From contig CDRNVI010000011.1 of assembly GCA_977017575.1 (NCBI GenBank), positions 186,001 through 250,000 on the forward strand: DNA of 64,000 nucleotides, given 5' to 3'. Positions 39,622 through 54,882 of this stretch are shown here, piece by piece. Each line of letters begins with the position of its first letter. Position 1 is the first letter of the stretch. Source of the stretch: Paramoeba atlantica. Its lineage: Eukaryota; Protista; Discosea. The notes under the pieces are model-generated. The model saw only the letters and a list, made by a program, of their open reading frames with translations. It was not told the origin of the DNA and did not search any database. A program made the translations under genes and the position numbers.

Positions 39622-40146
39622 ATGCTTCGTTGCACTGTCATCCGTGCGCTAAAGAGCGGACTGGCACCTCGCATGGCAGCCGTCACAACGCAATTTTCGT
39701 CGCAACGAGTTCATGCTGCGACTCCGCTGCTCGCGCAGGATATTTCTCATCTCAATCTTCTTGCGATGCGTCACGCTTCATGCGGACCAGAGAATGATTT
39801 GGGTGTTCCGAGTCCACGATCCGTATCCTCACCCAAGTTCATCCAACCGTCAAGATTTCTTCCCCGCCAACGCTGGCCTCCCGTCGCAGCTCCTTGTTCT
39901 TTCGAAAGTGTCCCACTGCCCTCACCGAAGCCAGCGGTGGTCCCGAAGCCATCAGCTGCTCCGAAGTCTGGAAGCGCAACGCACCTGACAAAGGATCGCT
40001 TGAAGGACTTCTATTTAGCCAGTTCGTCCGTTCTGAAGCGTCTCACTATGCGACTTCGTAAACGTCAGGAACGAGCGTCAGTTCAAGAGGTCATAAATGA
40101 ATCAAAGAAAGGAGACAAAGCAATGAAGAACAAAGAACAAAAATAG
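39622..40146 (+). CDS. Hypothetical protein, likely mitochondrion-targeted
   Basis: 174-aa ORF with presequence-like MLRCTVIRALKSGLAPRMAA, a Pro-rich middle and a basic C-terminus. Confidence 0.5.
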   Translation: MLRCTVIRALKSGLAPRMAAVTTQFSSQRVHAATPLLAQDISHLNLLAMRHASCGPENDLGVPSPRSVSSPKFIQPSRFLPRQRWPPVAAPCSFESVPLPSPKPAVVPKPSAAPKSGSATHLTKDRLKDFYLASSSVLKRLTMRLRKRQERASVQEVINESKKGDKAMKNKEQK

Positions 40147-40586
40147 AAAAATGATTTTTTGCTTGTTAGGAACTTACAGTTGTATTTTTAGTGGAACTTG
40201 TTGATGGATACATTCTTTTCGTTCTTTTTCTATTTTTCCGCTTTGAATTTTAATGAAAAATCACTTTTTGGTGTGCGAAGAATTGTTACTTTTTTATATG
40301 TTTAGGTAAAGCGCCTCTGTACATAGGATGAAAATGGGGAGTGGAAAATACTTTCTATAAACTATTCTCAAATGCCTAAGAAATAAACAAAACCTCAAAC
40401 TTGAATGCATCTTCTACATGCATAACCTGGCTTTTCGTTTTTTATGCCTTGACTTTAAAAGGAATGCCGTTGAACATTTACAAAAATACACAAAGTACTT
40501 TGCAAGGGTTGTCATATTGGCCCTGACATTGGAGTCCCTTATAAAACAAACTCCTAAACTCTTCTTTCTATATTTTACATACAATT

Positions 40587-41219
40587 ATGAGAACTGAGAC
40601 GCTTTCCCCATTTTGGCGCTTCGTGCTTTTATGTTTAGGAAGTGGACTGTCGTGTACAAATTGTCGCAACGACCAAAACATGCCCGCTCTTCCTTTGCTC
40701 TCGGTTGAAAAAAAGGTCGACCGGTCTCGCGTCATAGTAGGCGGGGAAGTTCGGTTTGACATCATCGTAACCAACATTGGAGAAGCGCCAGCATACCGAC
40801 TAGAAATGCGCGATCTATTTAAGAATAAGGAATTCATGCATAAAATTGATACACTTGCACCAGGTAGGAGCTCCAATCTCACGTATACCGTGCAGCTTAC
40901 AGAGAGAGGTGAAATTCTCACCGGAATGGCCACAGTTCGATACTCACTTCGTCAAAGTCCTGCAGCAGATACCTATACTGCTTATAGTACACAGATACAG
41001 GATGGGATTCCTGGAGCAGGAGAGGCCAGTCGCACGCCCTTTGTTACAGTACTAAGTCCTGCAGAGTATCGTCGAACACAAGAAACAGATTCCAGTGAGT
41101 GGATTCTCCTTGCCTTTATGCTGCTCTTTCCGCTTGCTTTTCCTCTGTATATTTCCACAAAGAGAAACAGAGAACTCGCTCTCTTGGATAACCGGAAACA
41201 CGTTGCAAAAGCTTCTTAA
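40587..41219 (+). CDS. SSR2: Translocon-associated protein beta (TRAP-beta)
   Basis: Signal peptide, LLSVEKKV....V.G.EV....V.NIG..PAY...D..LAPG.S...Y.V and a C-terminal TM helix. Confidence 0.75.
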   Translation: MRTETLSPFWRFVLLCLGSGLSCTNCRNDQNMPALPLLSVEKKVDRSRVIVGGEVRFDIIVTNIGEAPAYRLEMRDLFKNKEFMHKIDTLAPGRSSNLTYTVQLTERGEILTGMATVRYSLRQSPAADTYTAYSTQIQDGIPGAGEASRTPFVTVLSPAEYRRTQETDSSEWILLAFMLLFPLAFPLYISTKRNRELALLDNRKHVAKAS

Positions 41220-41889
41220 ATTTTTAGAGAGTGAGTATTATCAAGCAAATTTTGTGCGGACTTTGTCATTAGTCTGATGCTGACAGTTTTTTTAGCAGTT
41301 TAAGTGGGATGAAACTTAGTTTGTCACGAGATTTTTGAACCGTATTGACTACATTGTATAATAGTAGGCCTCTTCCATTAATCCTATTATTGTTTTGTTT
41401 TCTTGATTTCAGCAACGTAATAACATCCGATCGAAATTATCTCGTACATAGGCGATTATTGAATAGAAGCATGGTATTTTTGATTCAAGGGAAACGTAAT
41501 TCAGGGGAACGTATTTTTATCGAACTTATTCTGCTGGAATAAGTTTCTTTCGTTATTTCATTCCTTTCTTATGGGCTTTTTTAGCAGGACCAGCATTGTC
41601 TTTATTTGTTCTAAATACTTTCTTCGGCACGTGATGCAAGCTAGCTGTTTACCCTAAGATAAACTCTATCAAACGAAAATAATCTATTAGATACACTTAT
41701 CCTTTTATCTGTTACACCTTTTGCTTTGCATTAGTATGTATTTTTTCCATAATAAGGCACTAACGCTTACGGACGTGAACGAACTTTCTACTTTACGGAA
41801 GTAGTTAGCTGTTTAATGGTATTTAGCGTTTAATTATCTACGGCGGTTTCTAGCCGTTCTTGTATCTGGAGACATGTAGATATAAGGTA

Positions 41890-43416
41890 ATGTGGCACTC
41901 CCTTGGCGGCTTAAATGTACGAAACGCCAAATCTTTGTTTCGGGAAGATTGCGTAGAAAATGAAAGTTCGGGCGCGAAACTCTTTCCAGAGGATACGCAT
42001 GTAGAGAGTAGCACGCTCAATGTGTTACAAATAACAGATTCGACTTCAGCATTACCTGGGGAAATTTCGAGTTTTTCTTGCCTCATTCTGAGCATTGGAG
42101 GATACGGGGATGATGAAATACTGGGTTCTTACTACATAACAGCCTCGGTGTCAATTCTTGCTCAACAAGATTCAACAAATCCATGCTCAAGCCTTGATTG
42201 GTGCAGTCCTGCTAGAGTATTAAAGTTTGAGAAGTTAACTCAGTGGTCTTCCGTGCCGTGGAAATCAGAGAAAGATGAACATTGTGGCATCAGAAAAGAT
42301 TGTAAAAAATTAGGTTCTGAGCTTTTGTTGGAGGGGCACACGGCATGTAAAGTAGGACAGTATGGAAAAACAACCTGTAACACCAAATACAATCCCTCAA
42401 CGTCTTGTAATGAAAATGTACTGAGACTTTTTCTCACTCAAAACATCGTAATTTTTGGTGGAATGGATGAGAATTATTCAATGAAGAACGATCTGAACTT
42501 GATAACGATAACTTGCGGCTGCAATGATCCGGTGCAGTCCTCCCTTCATTTTGTTCTTAAACCTAAGATTTCACAGTACGGTAGAGTGCCGTGCCCGCGA
42601 TATCGTCACGCCGCTTGTGCAACGGAGACTCACATGTTTGTATTTGGCGGAGAATGTGAATCCTCCGACGGCCTTTCAGATTTTTATACACTACATTGTT
42701 TTGATCTTGAATCGTTTATCTGGAGCAATATCGAGCTTCCCACTTTCGTGCGTCAAAATATTTTCTCCAAAGACACTTTGGAGCTAGATATTCAAGAGTA
42801 CGTGTCTTGTTCAATCAGTCGGCTGACAAAATCGGAACTACTGATCTTAGGAGGTGTGAACACCAGCAACCGAAATTCAGCTGCTCAATTGATCAATGGA
42901 ATTCCTCTCTGCTTCATCTATGACATGGAAAATATGATTTGGTCACTTCCTCAGCTCGCTGAATCGCAACCGATTTCTCAAATCATTCAAGCCACTCACC
43001 GCAATGGACATATTAGTGTAGCGTGCGGCCAAGGATGGGTAGCATGGATGGGCGGCAAGACAAATCATAGTGCAGTTGCTCGAAACACAGATGTATGTGG
43101 TGAAGACAATGGAGAAATTCACTTTTTAATGAAAGATAGAAAGTCAACCTCCTCCTTGCCGGAGTTGTCCTATCAGTTAATAAAGAATTCGAACCACGCC
43201 TCTATGTGTTCTCCTAAGCGACTCTATTTGCCTGCGGCAGATTTACTTGTGATACGCCGTCAATTCTTCGAACAATTCACTTGTCAAAATTCACTTGCTA
43301 CATATCAGATTTCCCTACTTTTTCTCCTGGGTGGTAACCGTCGTCATCCCGAATTATGCAACGGGTCTCAATGCTGGATACGTGAATGGAGCATGTTGAA
43401 AAGTTCCGAAACGTAA
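41890..43416 (+). CDS. Kelch-repeat protein
   Basis: Repeated GG motifs: LSIGGY, LEGHTAC, IFGGMD..NDL, PCPRYRHAAC..MFVFGG, LILGG and WMGG. Confidence 0.7.
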   Translation: MWHSLGGLNVRNAKSLFREDCVENESSGAKLFPEDTHVESSTLNVLQITDSTSALPGEISSFSCLILSIGGYGDDEILGSYYITASVSILAQQDSTNPCSSLDWCSPARVLKFEKLTQWSSVPWKSEKDEHCGIRKDCKKLGSELLLEGHTACKVGQYGKTTCNTKYNPSTSCNENVLRLFLTQNIVIFGGMDENYSMKNDLNLITITCGCNDPVQSSLHFVLKPKISQYGRVPCPRYRHAACATETHMFVFGGECESSDGLSDFYTLHCFDLESFIWSNIELPTFVRQNIFSKDTLELDIQEYVSCSISRLTKSELLILGGVNTSNRNSAAQLINGIPLCFIYDMENMIWSLPQLAESQPISQIIQATHRNGHISVACGQGWVAWMGGKTNHSAVARNTDVCGEDNGEIHFLMKDRKSTSSLPELSYQLIKNSNHASMCSPKRLYLPAADLLVIRRQFFEQFTCQNSLATYQISLLFLLGGNRRHPELCNGSQCWIREWSMLKSSET

Positions 43417-43659
43417 CGAAAGACAGGAAGTTATTTTATCGTAATACAACAATTGGACAACGCTTCATTGTACAACAAATTCTTCTCTTCTTTTTTGTAT
43501 TTTTTGTAGAAAAGTGGTGCAACAATTGTTGAGTTGATCATGTTGCAACAATCGAATTATTCCATAAAAAAGCTTTGCGAGTGCTATATAGTAAAGCAGT
43601 ACAGCGGGTAGATAGATAGTCGGAGATAATGTTTATTAGCACTATAGTATTCTTTCTAA

Positions 43660-44364
43660 ATGTATAACTCACAGAGTAGTTCTGTACCTTTGGAGCTTTA
43701 CGATCTGAGCACCTACAGCAAAGCGGTGGAATTTGGAAAAGCTGTGGGGCAAAAAGTATTGCAGACTGCTTCCACTTTATCATATAATGCTGATGAGAGC
43801 AGGAACGTGTTGGAAAAGAGGAAAATAGATCCCAGTCGCATTGCGGCGTTCACGAGAGAGATTTTAGGGCTTGTAGAGGACCCCAATGAAATCGACAATT
43901 TACTCAAAGTCGTTGACTGTACACAGGAATCTTATTTGCAAAGGCTCCGAGAAGCACTTGCACAGGCGGCGAACAAGCAGAAACGTAGAGGCATACTGAA
44001 TACAAGTGAAGGCGCAGATAGTTTTGATGATTCCGAAGACGATACATCTGAAACAGGTGCTAAAAAGCAAAACGCAATAATTTCTTCCACTCAAACTCCA
44101 GTAACATGTGAGGTAACCGAAGAAATCGTAGAATTTGACATGGAAGAACTTGAACGATTGGCTGAGCTAAAGAGGGTAGCCGATGAAGAAGAAAGAAAAA
44201 AAGAGTCAGAACGTGAAAAAGAACGGTTGGAGGAAGAAAGATGTCGAGAAGAATTTTTGAAAACTTTTCAATCGCAAAAACGAGAGGTTTCTAACGCAAT
44301 ACCACAAGGGTTTACAGTGCTATCGAAGGGCGATGTTAAGAAAAATAAAGGGAAGAGACGATGA
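43660..44364 (+). CDS. Hypothetical charged coiled-coil protein
   Basis: 234-aa ATG-initiated ORF with a helical N-terminus, E/K/R-rich C-terminus and a terminal basic cluster. Confidence 0.55.
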   Translation: MYNSQSSSVPLELYDLSTYSKAVEFGKAVGQKVLQTASTLSYNADESRNVLEKRKIDPSRIAAFTREILGLVEDPNEIDNLLKVVDCTQESYLQRLREALAQAANKQKRRGILNTSEGADSFDDSEDDTSETGAKKQNAIISSTQTPVTCEVTEEIVEFDMEELERLAELKRVADEEERKKESEREKERLEEERCREEFLKTFQSQKREVSNAIPQGFTVLSKGDVKKNKGKRR

Positions 44365-44669
44365 AAATCTTGAGTGCAGAATTTCTGCTTGTTACGAGCT
44401 TATCATTCCTCGCAGGCACAAGCATTTCATGACATTGAGAGAGAATGTACTTATTTTCTCTCCCGACATTTTGGAAATCCAACCATATTTATATGTGTCA
44501 TCGTCCCCATGCAACTGTTTAAATAGAAGTTTAAACTGTAGAATAGCGGACATGTTACATTACATTTTCTTTGCTTTATACATCACGGCACAACGTGCGT
44601 TGTATGTACATTACAACTGGGGCTACGGATTCTGTACAACTCTATTATTTTTTCATAGATCTTTTCTAA

Positions 44670-45965
44670 ATGGTAAGTACTGAATACAAAGACAAGGGTC
44701 TTGATGCTCTGTCGTGTTATTTATCGTTGTGTGGTCCCAATCAAAGTACGAGCACATTAAAAACCTTACCAGGCAATAAACACGTTGCATATATTGTTGA
44801 GCCGATTCTGAAGCAATGGCAAATTTCAGTAGACGATAAAATTGTCGATGCGGCACTCATCACAGGACCGCACGATGGACACAAACAAATTTGTGATAAG
44901 GAGAATCAAAAGGTCGATAGTCCCCCATCAGGACGCGTGCTGGTGCTTCTTTACTCTGGTGTCGTTCAAGAGGTGTGCCTCAAACTTCAAAAAATTATTA
45001 ATACATACGAATCTGGGGCCGTATCTGTGCTTGACTATCTTTTACGTGGTATTCGAACTCATCCACTGCTAGCTCATCTGTTCTTAACTTTTTCTGACAC
45101 CGGAGTATTTTTTTGGAATATTAGTGAAGATTATTCTTTAGGCGAGGCAACAACTCAAATATCTGACGTATGTTCTATCACAGGTTTATCTTTTTCCTCC
45201 GTGAGTGATGCACAATTTTCTTCTTCTGGGGAGTGGATCTCGGCAGTGGACGAATGCGGACGTCGCATTGTCGTTATCCGAACGGATACGTACAGTAAGT
45301 TTCTCGAATGGGGCTTCACATTCTCAAGTAGAATTAGCTGTATTCAGTGGGTGGGATCGAACGCAAATACCCCGCTTTTCTCCGACACAAATTTTGATAT
45401 CGGGCACATCGCACTTGGCGTGGAAAATGGAGACCTGCTGCTTCTAGCAGTGGAACGCGATCGAATGGTTTTGCAGCATACCATCACTTGCACCTCCCCT
45501 GGGGCACCAATAACATGCATGGAGGTATCGTCGGAAGGAAAATATATTTTTGCTCTTGCTTATGATACTTCATGTCAGGTCTTTTCCAGTAGCGGTTTGC
45601 TTCCCGAGGGAGCATTCTTTAACCATCTCATGCAGACCGCCTACGCAATATGTCGTATCACACTAAAGGGACATCCTTGTTTAGCAGTTCTTTACGGTAC
45701 AACAGAAAACTCACTTGTTGTTCAAATTTTGCGTATACCTGCTTTATCTAAGCTTACCTCCCTTGTATTACATACATGTGGGCCTTTTATCAAACCCCCA
45801 CGTATGTGCTGGATTTCTCATTGTAACATGCTCTGCGTCATGGGGTTGCCTACACGATTAATACAGCTGGAGGGAGCACACGGAACTTATGCGACTCTCA
45901 GACAAAGTCGGACACATTTCTTCCTTGGTGGAGAAACATTTGAATTTGTTAACGAGCGCAGGTGA
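44670..45965 (+). CDS. Hypothetical beta-propeller (WD40-like) protein
   Basis: 431-aa ORF with propeller-like blades (FSSSGEWISAV, ISCIQW, ITCMEVSSEGKYI). Confidence 0.5.
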   Translation: MVSTEYKDKGLDALSCYLSLCGPNQSTSTLKTLPGNKHVAYIVEPILKQWQISVDDKIVDAALITGPHDGHKQICDKENQKVDSPPSGRVLVLLYSGVVQEVCLKLQKIINTYESGAVSVLDYLLRGIRTHPLLAHLFLTFSDTGVFFWNISEDYSLGEATTQISDVCSITGLSFSSVSDAQFSSSGEWISAVDECGRRIVVIRTDTYSKFLEWGFTFSSRISCIQWVGSNANTPLFSDTNFDIGHIALGVENGDLLLLAVERDRMVLQHTITCTSPGAPITCMEVSSEGKYIFALAYDTSCQVFSSSGLLPEGAFFNHLMQTAYAICRITLKGHPCLAVLYGTTENSLVVQILRIPALSKLTSLVLHTCGPFIKPPRMCWISHCNMLCVMGLPTRLIQLEGAHGTYATLRQSRTHFFLGGETFEFVNERR

Positions 45966-46149
45966 AGACCAAGCAATCCGTGAGATTGGTTGGATTAATG
46001 TGCACCCTCCTAAAAATATATTTTCTAGATACTTATGGATAGATCTAGATATTTTATAGATGTGTATTTATCTGCCGTAATTGGTAAATTGGTAAAGCGG
46101 TTTTCCTTTTTCAATGTTTCTCTGATTTTCAACTTTCTTATCATCTTCC

Positions 46150-46689
46150 ATGCGCCCCTTAACAAAAGAAGAGTCCGAGAAGCTCTTTGCGAAACTTGCG
46201 AAATATATTGGGTCGAATATGAGTCGTTTACTGGATCAAGGTGGTGAAGAGTGGGTTTTCCGCATTCATGCTAAGCGCATCTGGCTTATTCCAACAGCAC
46301 TAGAAAAAGTCGCCAGCCAGATTCACCGCAAACATCTTGTGGGGATCGGAACCGCTCTCGCTAGGGTAACACATCATGGAAACATTCGTATCATAATTAC
46401 AGCCCTGGATATTTTGGCGAAATACGCTATTTTTAAAGTATGGGTGAAACCAAACCAAGAACAATCTTTCTTGTACGGAAATAATATAACGAGAAATGGA
46501 TTGGGTCGCATAACGGAAAATACCCCTCAACACGCGGGGGTCGTTGTGTTTTCTATGTCTGACCTCCCATTAGGCTTCGGGGTCACAGCGCAGAGCACGT
46601 TGCAGTGCAGAAAGTGCGAAAGCAACGCCATTGTTCTCTTTCATGAGGCAGACGTTGGGGAATATCTTCGAGGGGAGGACAAACTTTGA
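46150..46689 (+). CDS. NIP7: 60S ribosome biogenesis protein NIP7 (PUA domain)
   Basis: MRPLT.EE...LF.KLAKYIG, ITALD.LA.YA..KVWVKP..EQSFLYGN and H.ADVGEYLR.E motifs. Confidence 0.97.
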   Translation: MRPLTKEESEKLFAKLAKYIGSNMSRLLDQGGEEWVFRIHAKRIWLIPTALEKVASQIHRKHLVGIGTALARVTHHGNIRIIITALDILAKYAIFKVWVKPNQEQSFLYGNNITRNGLGRITENTPQHAGVVVFSMSDLPLGFGVTAQSTLQCRKCESNAIVLFHEADVGEYLRGEDKL

Positions 46690-46880
46690 ATACGTACATA
46701 CTAGAAGAGTTTATGAGTGTCAAATTTCCTATTTTACATTGTATTTCTTTTTTTTAGTATTTCTAGTTTTGAATTTCTTTCTTTCTTTCTTTCTTTTTAA
46801 AATACTCCGAATAATAATATTGTATGAATCATAAAAGCTTTTTTCCACTTGCCCCATTACATTTTTCTTATTTGATGTAA

Positions 46881-47693
46881 ATGTCAAGAAGTAAGACACC
46901 TCCTCTTAGAAACCCTGGACCTTCGGATTTTGCGTTTGGTGAGCAACTTGAGACACTGAGGGCCAAGGAAAGAGAATTGGAAAGTTCGGATCAGAGACTC
47001 CGAGAGCTTCGACAAGTAGTGCAGGGAAAGAATAATGAGACAGAGAATATGAAACAAGAGATTTCTCACTTGCAAAACATGTTACAGCAAAAACAAATGA
47101 CAAGAAAAAGGTACATCGCTTTGTGCGAGTCACAAAAGGATGAAATCGAGAGACTCGAACAAGCGCTTGAGACTCAACAAAAAGCATACGAAGAAGAGCA
47201 CCGCCAATGTACCGCTCATGTGTCTCGAGTGCGGGAAGAATATGCCCAAATAGAAGGTACGCATGCGGAAGCCATTTCCAGTCTTACTGTTCAGAAGAAC
47301 GCACTTGCGCTTGTGTTAGACGAAAAAGACCGAGAGATCTCGTTGCTGAAACAAAAATTGGAGGTGCTGACCCAAAAGCGACAAAAAGCATATGAAACCG
47401 AGCGTTACATGAAGGAATTATATGCGAAAGAACGTATTTTATCAGAGGAAAAAGCAACGCTGGACGAACAATTAGGGAACGTTGTGCGCGAGCGGCGAAA
47501 GGCACAAGTTTCGATACAAGATATGCAAGAAAAGATTTCTGCCGTGCGTCGCGAACAGCAGTCTCTCTCCAGTGAGCAATCAGAATGCCTTTCTCGTGTA
47601 GAAAGCTTAGAACGCTTGCTAGGTGAATCGAATGAGTGTCTTTCTAAGACGGATGAGATCAGAAATCAATTAGATAATCTTCACAAAATTTAG
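46881..47693 (+). CDS. Hypothetical coiled-coil protein
   Basis: 270-aa ORF dominated by E/Q/K/L heptads. Confidence 0.6.
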   Translation: MSRSKTPPLRNPGPSDFAFGEQLETLRAKERELESSDQRLRELRQVVQGKNNETENMKQEISHLQNMLQQKQMTRKRYIALCESQKDEIERLEQALETQQKAYEEEHRQCTAHVSRVREEYAQIEGTHAEAISSLTVQKNALALVLDEKDREISLLKQKLEVLTQKRQKAYETERYMKELYAKERILSEEKATLDEQLGNVVRERRKAQVSIQDMQEKISAVRREQQSLSSEQSECLSRVESLERLLGESNECLSKTDEIRNQLDNLHKI

Positions 47694-47938
47694 ATAGATG
47701 TACAGAATTGATAATTCTGTAAGAAAAAATACAAATGTATTTTTGACGTACACATATCGTATCTAAAAGTCCAAAATAATACACTCAGTTTATTAGTGGC
47801 GTTTTTACACAATCAACTATTTTTTGAACACATCTTTATTATTGGGCAGTACATCATTCTTCATATTTTTATTACTTTCACTCGAACGGGGAACCACAAA
47901 AGTACATATTATCTGTTGCTTCCTCGGACACACAACGT

Positions 47939-48958
47939 ATGATACCTCAGTCGACACCCCATACACAGGCAGAATCCCTATTCGATGTCCTTACAATCCA
48001 GTACCCAAAAATAGTATCTCAGAGTACCGGGGCGCTAACGAGCGCGAACGTCAATGCAATTAAAAGTCACGCCACTTTACATTCAGCTGGAAAGAAACAT
48101 CACTTAGCTCATCCTAATTCATCTTCTCACCCATACCTTTCTGCCTCCCCACAGGCCGACAAGCGACGACACGCTGATCCCCAGTACGCCGCAGAGTATA
48201 TGAAAGATATTATGTCAAGTCTAAGACACGCCGAGGAACAACTTTCGCGCGACCCCTACTTGAGTCATCAACCGGAGTTGAGCGAAAAAATGCGAACCAT
48301 TCTTGTTGACTGGCTTGTCGAGGTACACCTGAAGTTCAAGTGTCGGCCCGAGACACTCTTCCTTGCCGTCGATATTGTTGACCGATACCTCTCCGTCGCA
48401 CGCACCACTCGATCTACACTTCAGCTTGTGGGTGTTACCGCGATACTGCTCGCGGCTAAATATGAGGAAATATGGCCACCTGAAATTAAAGACTGTGTGT
48501 ACATTAGCGCGAACACGTACTCCCGAGAAGATATTCTCACTATGGAACGACTTATTTGTGGAGCGCTTCACTTCCGACTGACAACTCCGAATGTAATGCA
48601 CTTCACATGCCGTCTGTTAGACGTGATGGACGCCGACACTTCATTGACACATGCCACCTTTTACTACTCGGAGATATCCCTACTGAGCTACGCGATGTAC
48701 GGATATTTGCCGAGTCTAGTGGCTGCCGCCTGTGTGTATCTCGCATGTCGTACGCGGGGCCACACGGAGCCATGGACTCCTCTGATGCAACACTACTCGG
48801 GATACACTCTACCCGATGTCTTTAGTGTCGCTCAGCAGTTATTGGAGTACGCCCACGTGTTGCTGAGCAGCAAGTACACCGCGGTGAAACGGAAATATGA
48901 TACGGATAAATACGCAAATGCGGCATCTTGTTCTCTTCCACAGAGGGAAGATTTTTAG
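47939..48958 (+). CDS. Mitotic-type (A/B-like) cyclin, copy 1 (unique N-terminus)
   Basis: DPQYAAEY, MRTILVDWLVEVH.KF...ETLFLAV.IVDRYLS..LQLVG..A..LAAKYEEI cyclin box. Confidence 0.92.
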   Translation: MIPQSTPHTQAESLFDVLTIQYPKIVSQSTGALTSANVNAIKSHATLHSAGKKHHLAHPNSSSHPYLSASPQADKRRHADPQYAAEYMKDIMSSLRHAEEQLSRDPYLSHQPELSEKMRTILVDWLVEVHLKFKCRPETLFLAVDIVDRYLSVARTTRSTLQLVGVTAILLAAKYEEIWPPEIKDCVYISANTYSREDILTMERLICGALHFRLTTPNVMHFTCRLLDVMDADTSLTHATFYYSEISLLSYAMYGYLPSLVAAACVYLACRTRGHTEPWTPLMQHYSGYTLPDVFSVAQQLLEYAHVLLSSKYTAVKRKYDTDKYANAASCSLPQREDF

Positions 48959-49335
48959 CTACACTGTATGTCGGTAGAGCTTATCCTTGGCATATTGTAT
49001 GAGTGATTCTATAGTAGAATCACTTCATTAGTTAAAAAGTAGAACTAGATTTTAGAAGCAGTAAGCCATTGTTCCTCGTAGTAGTAAGTGTTACCACGAG
49101 GTGTGTGACTCCCTATTCCAAAAACCAATGAGAAGGAACCAAAAGGGTTTTTGGTTTCGTAGCGCCAGATTCTTTTGTCTTCTGGAATTCCGATTTCTGT
49201 TGAATGTAATGTTCCTCCGCCTGTTGTAAACTTTATTAGGCACTCGCCGATGTAAGTCATGTGCTTCAGAAATATTTCTTGTAGTACACGTAAGTAACTC
49301 AGTCTATTTAATAACACGTTAAATATTTTGTGTGA

Positions 49336-50877
<1,542 letters not shown>

Positions 50878-51401
50878 AAATCTTTATTTTCGCTTTGTTC
50901 CACACTATATTGGAGAAGTCGTCCGTGCACCACTAAGAAAAGATATTAAGTAATGATACCACCAAGTAATGATCTTTATTGACTTTGGTTCATCGCATTG
51001 ACTTTCCCGCCTGCATGAATGGAAAGTTGAGGTTTCTTCTTTTTTCCGACCTTCATTGGTATTAATGAGAGATAGTACACTGTGGACTGTAGTATTGGTA
51101 AAAGACGAATAATAGCAGTACAAAACGTTATAATTCCACAATTGTCAGAGTTTTGCATTTTCAGCTGTATTAGTTCCGCGTTACGCATACTGGTACCCCT
51201 GTATACATGTGCTGGGCTTGACATTGTTCAGAGTTTCTTTCTTCAGACGCCACTACAAATATAGCACGAGTTTTTAGCATATAGATTTTTTTATATAGCT
51301 TTTAGTAAAAGCTATGAAGTCGGTAAAATTTACCGACTGTTTCGAAACCTTATACTACCATCACACAAACAGGCTTATTTTATTATTTTCTATATCTGTT
51401 T

Positions 51402-52439
51402 ATGCCCCGCGAAGCAGCGCTTTCTCTTTCCCAGCAAGAAGTTGCACTCTCCCAAAATTCTCAGCCATCCAAAGGATTATCCCAACGTACGATGCCTTTA
51501 GCTAAAGCAGATGTCAATGCGATTCCAGTTCTCAGTCAAGCAATCAAGGCTTGTCCTTCCCTTTTTCTTCAAAAAGAAAAGATTCTAACCCAATCCGTAG
51601 AACAGTCACAGCCGTACCTCTCTGCCTCCCCACAGGCCGACAAGCGACGACACGCTGATCCCCAGTACGCCGCAGAGTATATGAAAGATATTATGTCAAG
51701 TCTAAGACACGCCGAGGAACAACTTTCGCGCGACCCCTACTTGAGTCATCAACCGGAGTTGAGCGAAAAAATGCGAACCATTCTTGTTGACTGGCTTGTC
51801 GAGGTACACCTGAAGTTCAAGTGTCGGCCCGAGACACTCTTCCTTGCCGTCGATATTGTTGACCGATACCTCTCCGTCGCACGCACCACTCGATCTACAC
51901 TTCAGCTTGTGGGTGTTACCGCGATACTGCTCGCGGCTAAATATGAGGAAATATGGCCACCTGAAATTAAAGACTGTGTGTACATTAGCGCGAACACGTA
52001 CTCCCGAGAAGATATTCTCACTATGGAACGACTTATTTGTGGAGCGCTTCACTTCCGACTGACAACTCCGAATGTAATGCACTTCACATGCCGTCTGTTA
52101 GACGTGATGGACGCCGACACTTCATTGACACATGCCACCTTTTACTACTCGGAGATATCCCTACTGAGCTACGCGATGTACGGATATTTGCCGAGTCTAG
52201 TGGCTGCCGCCTGTGTGTATCTCGCATGTCGTACGCGGGGCCACACGGAGCCATGGACTCCTCTGATGCAACACTACTCGGGATACACTCTACCCGATGT
52301 CTTTAGTGTCGCTCAGCAGTTATTGGAGTACGCCCACGTGTTGCTGAGCAGCAAGTACACCGCGGTGAAACGGAAATATGATACGGATAAATACGCAAAT
52401 GCGGCATCTTGTTCTCTTCCACAGAGGGAAGATTTTTAG
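51402..52439 (+). CDS. Cyclin, copy 2 (chimera: N-terminus of copy 3, core and C-terminus of copy 1)
   Basis: Same cyclin box; N-terminus MPREAALS.. shared with copy 3 and C-terminus ..LPQREDF shared with copy 1. Confidence 0.92.
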   Translation: MPREAALSLSQQEVALSQNSQPSKGLSQRTMPLAKADVNAIPVLSQAIKACPSLFLQKEKILTQSVEQSQPYLSASPQADKRRHADPQYAAEYMKDIMSSLRHAEEQLSRDPYLSHQPELSEKMRTILVDWLVEVHLKFKCRPETLFLAVDIVDRYLSVARTTRSTLQLVGVTAILLAAKYEEIWPPEIKDCVYISANTYSREDILTMERLICGALHFRLTTPNVMHFTCRLLDVMDADTSLTHATFYYSEISLLSYAMYGYLPSLVAAACVYLACRTRGHTEPWTPLMQHYSGYTLPDVFSVAQQLLEYAHVLLSSKYTAVKRKYDTDKYANAASCSLPQREDF

Positions 52440-52816
52440 CTACACTGTATGTCGGTAGAGCTTATCCTTGGCATATTGTATGAGTGATTCTATAGTAGAA
52501 TCACTTCATTAGTTAAAAAGTAGAACTAGATTTTAGAAGCAGTAAGCCATTGTTCCTCGTAGTAGTAAGTGTTACCACGAGGTGTGTGACTCCCTATTCC
52601 AAAAACCAATGAGAAGGAACCAAAAGGGTTTTTGGTTTCGTAGCGCCAGATTCTTTTGTCTTCTGGAATTCCGATTTCTGTTGAATGTAATGTTCCTCCG
52701 CCTGTTGTAAACTTTATTAGGCACTCGCCGATGTAAGTCATGTGCTTCAGAAATATTTCTTGTAGTACACGTAAGTAACTCAGTCTATTTAATAACACGT
52801 TAAATATTTTGTGTGA

Positions 52817-54358
<1,542 letters not shown>

Positions 54359-54882
54359 AAATCTTTATTTTCGCTTTGTTCCACACTATATTGGAGAAGT
54401 CGTCCGTGCACCACTAAGAAAAGATATTAAGTAATGATACCACCAAGTAATGATCTTTATTGACTTTGGTTCATCGCATTGACTTTCCCGCCTGCATGAA
54501 TGGAAAGTTGAGGTTTCTTCTTTTTTCCGACCTTCATTGGTATTAATGAGAGATAGTACACTGTGGACTGTAGTATTGGTAAAAGACGAATAATAGCAGT
54601 ACAAAACGTTATAATTCCACAATTGTCAGAGTTTTGCATTTTCAGCTGTATTAGTTCCGCGTTACGCATACTGGTACCCCTGTATACATGTGCTGGGCTT
54701 GACATTGTTCAGAGTTTCTTTCTTCAGACGCCACTACAAATATAGCACGAGTTTTTAGCATATAGATTTTTTTATATAGCTTTTAGTAAAAGCTATGAAG
54801 TCGGTAAAATTTACCGACTGTTTCGAAACCTTATACTACCATCACACAAACAGGCTTATTTTATTATTTTCTATATCTGTTT

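Noticed and set aside
43660-44364. Resemblance of DLSTYSKAVEFGKAVGQKV to the eIF3j helical domain
   Set aside because: The acidic/charged region lies C-terminal rather than N-terminal, and the similarity is too short to name the gene.
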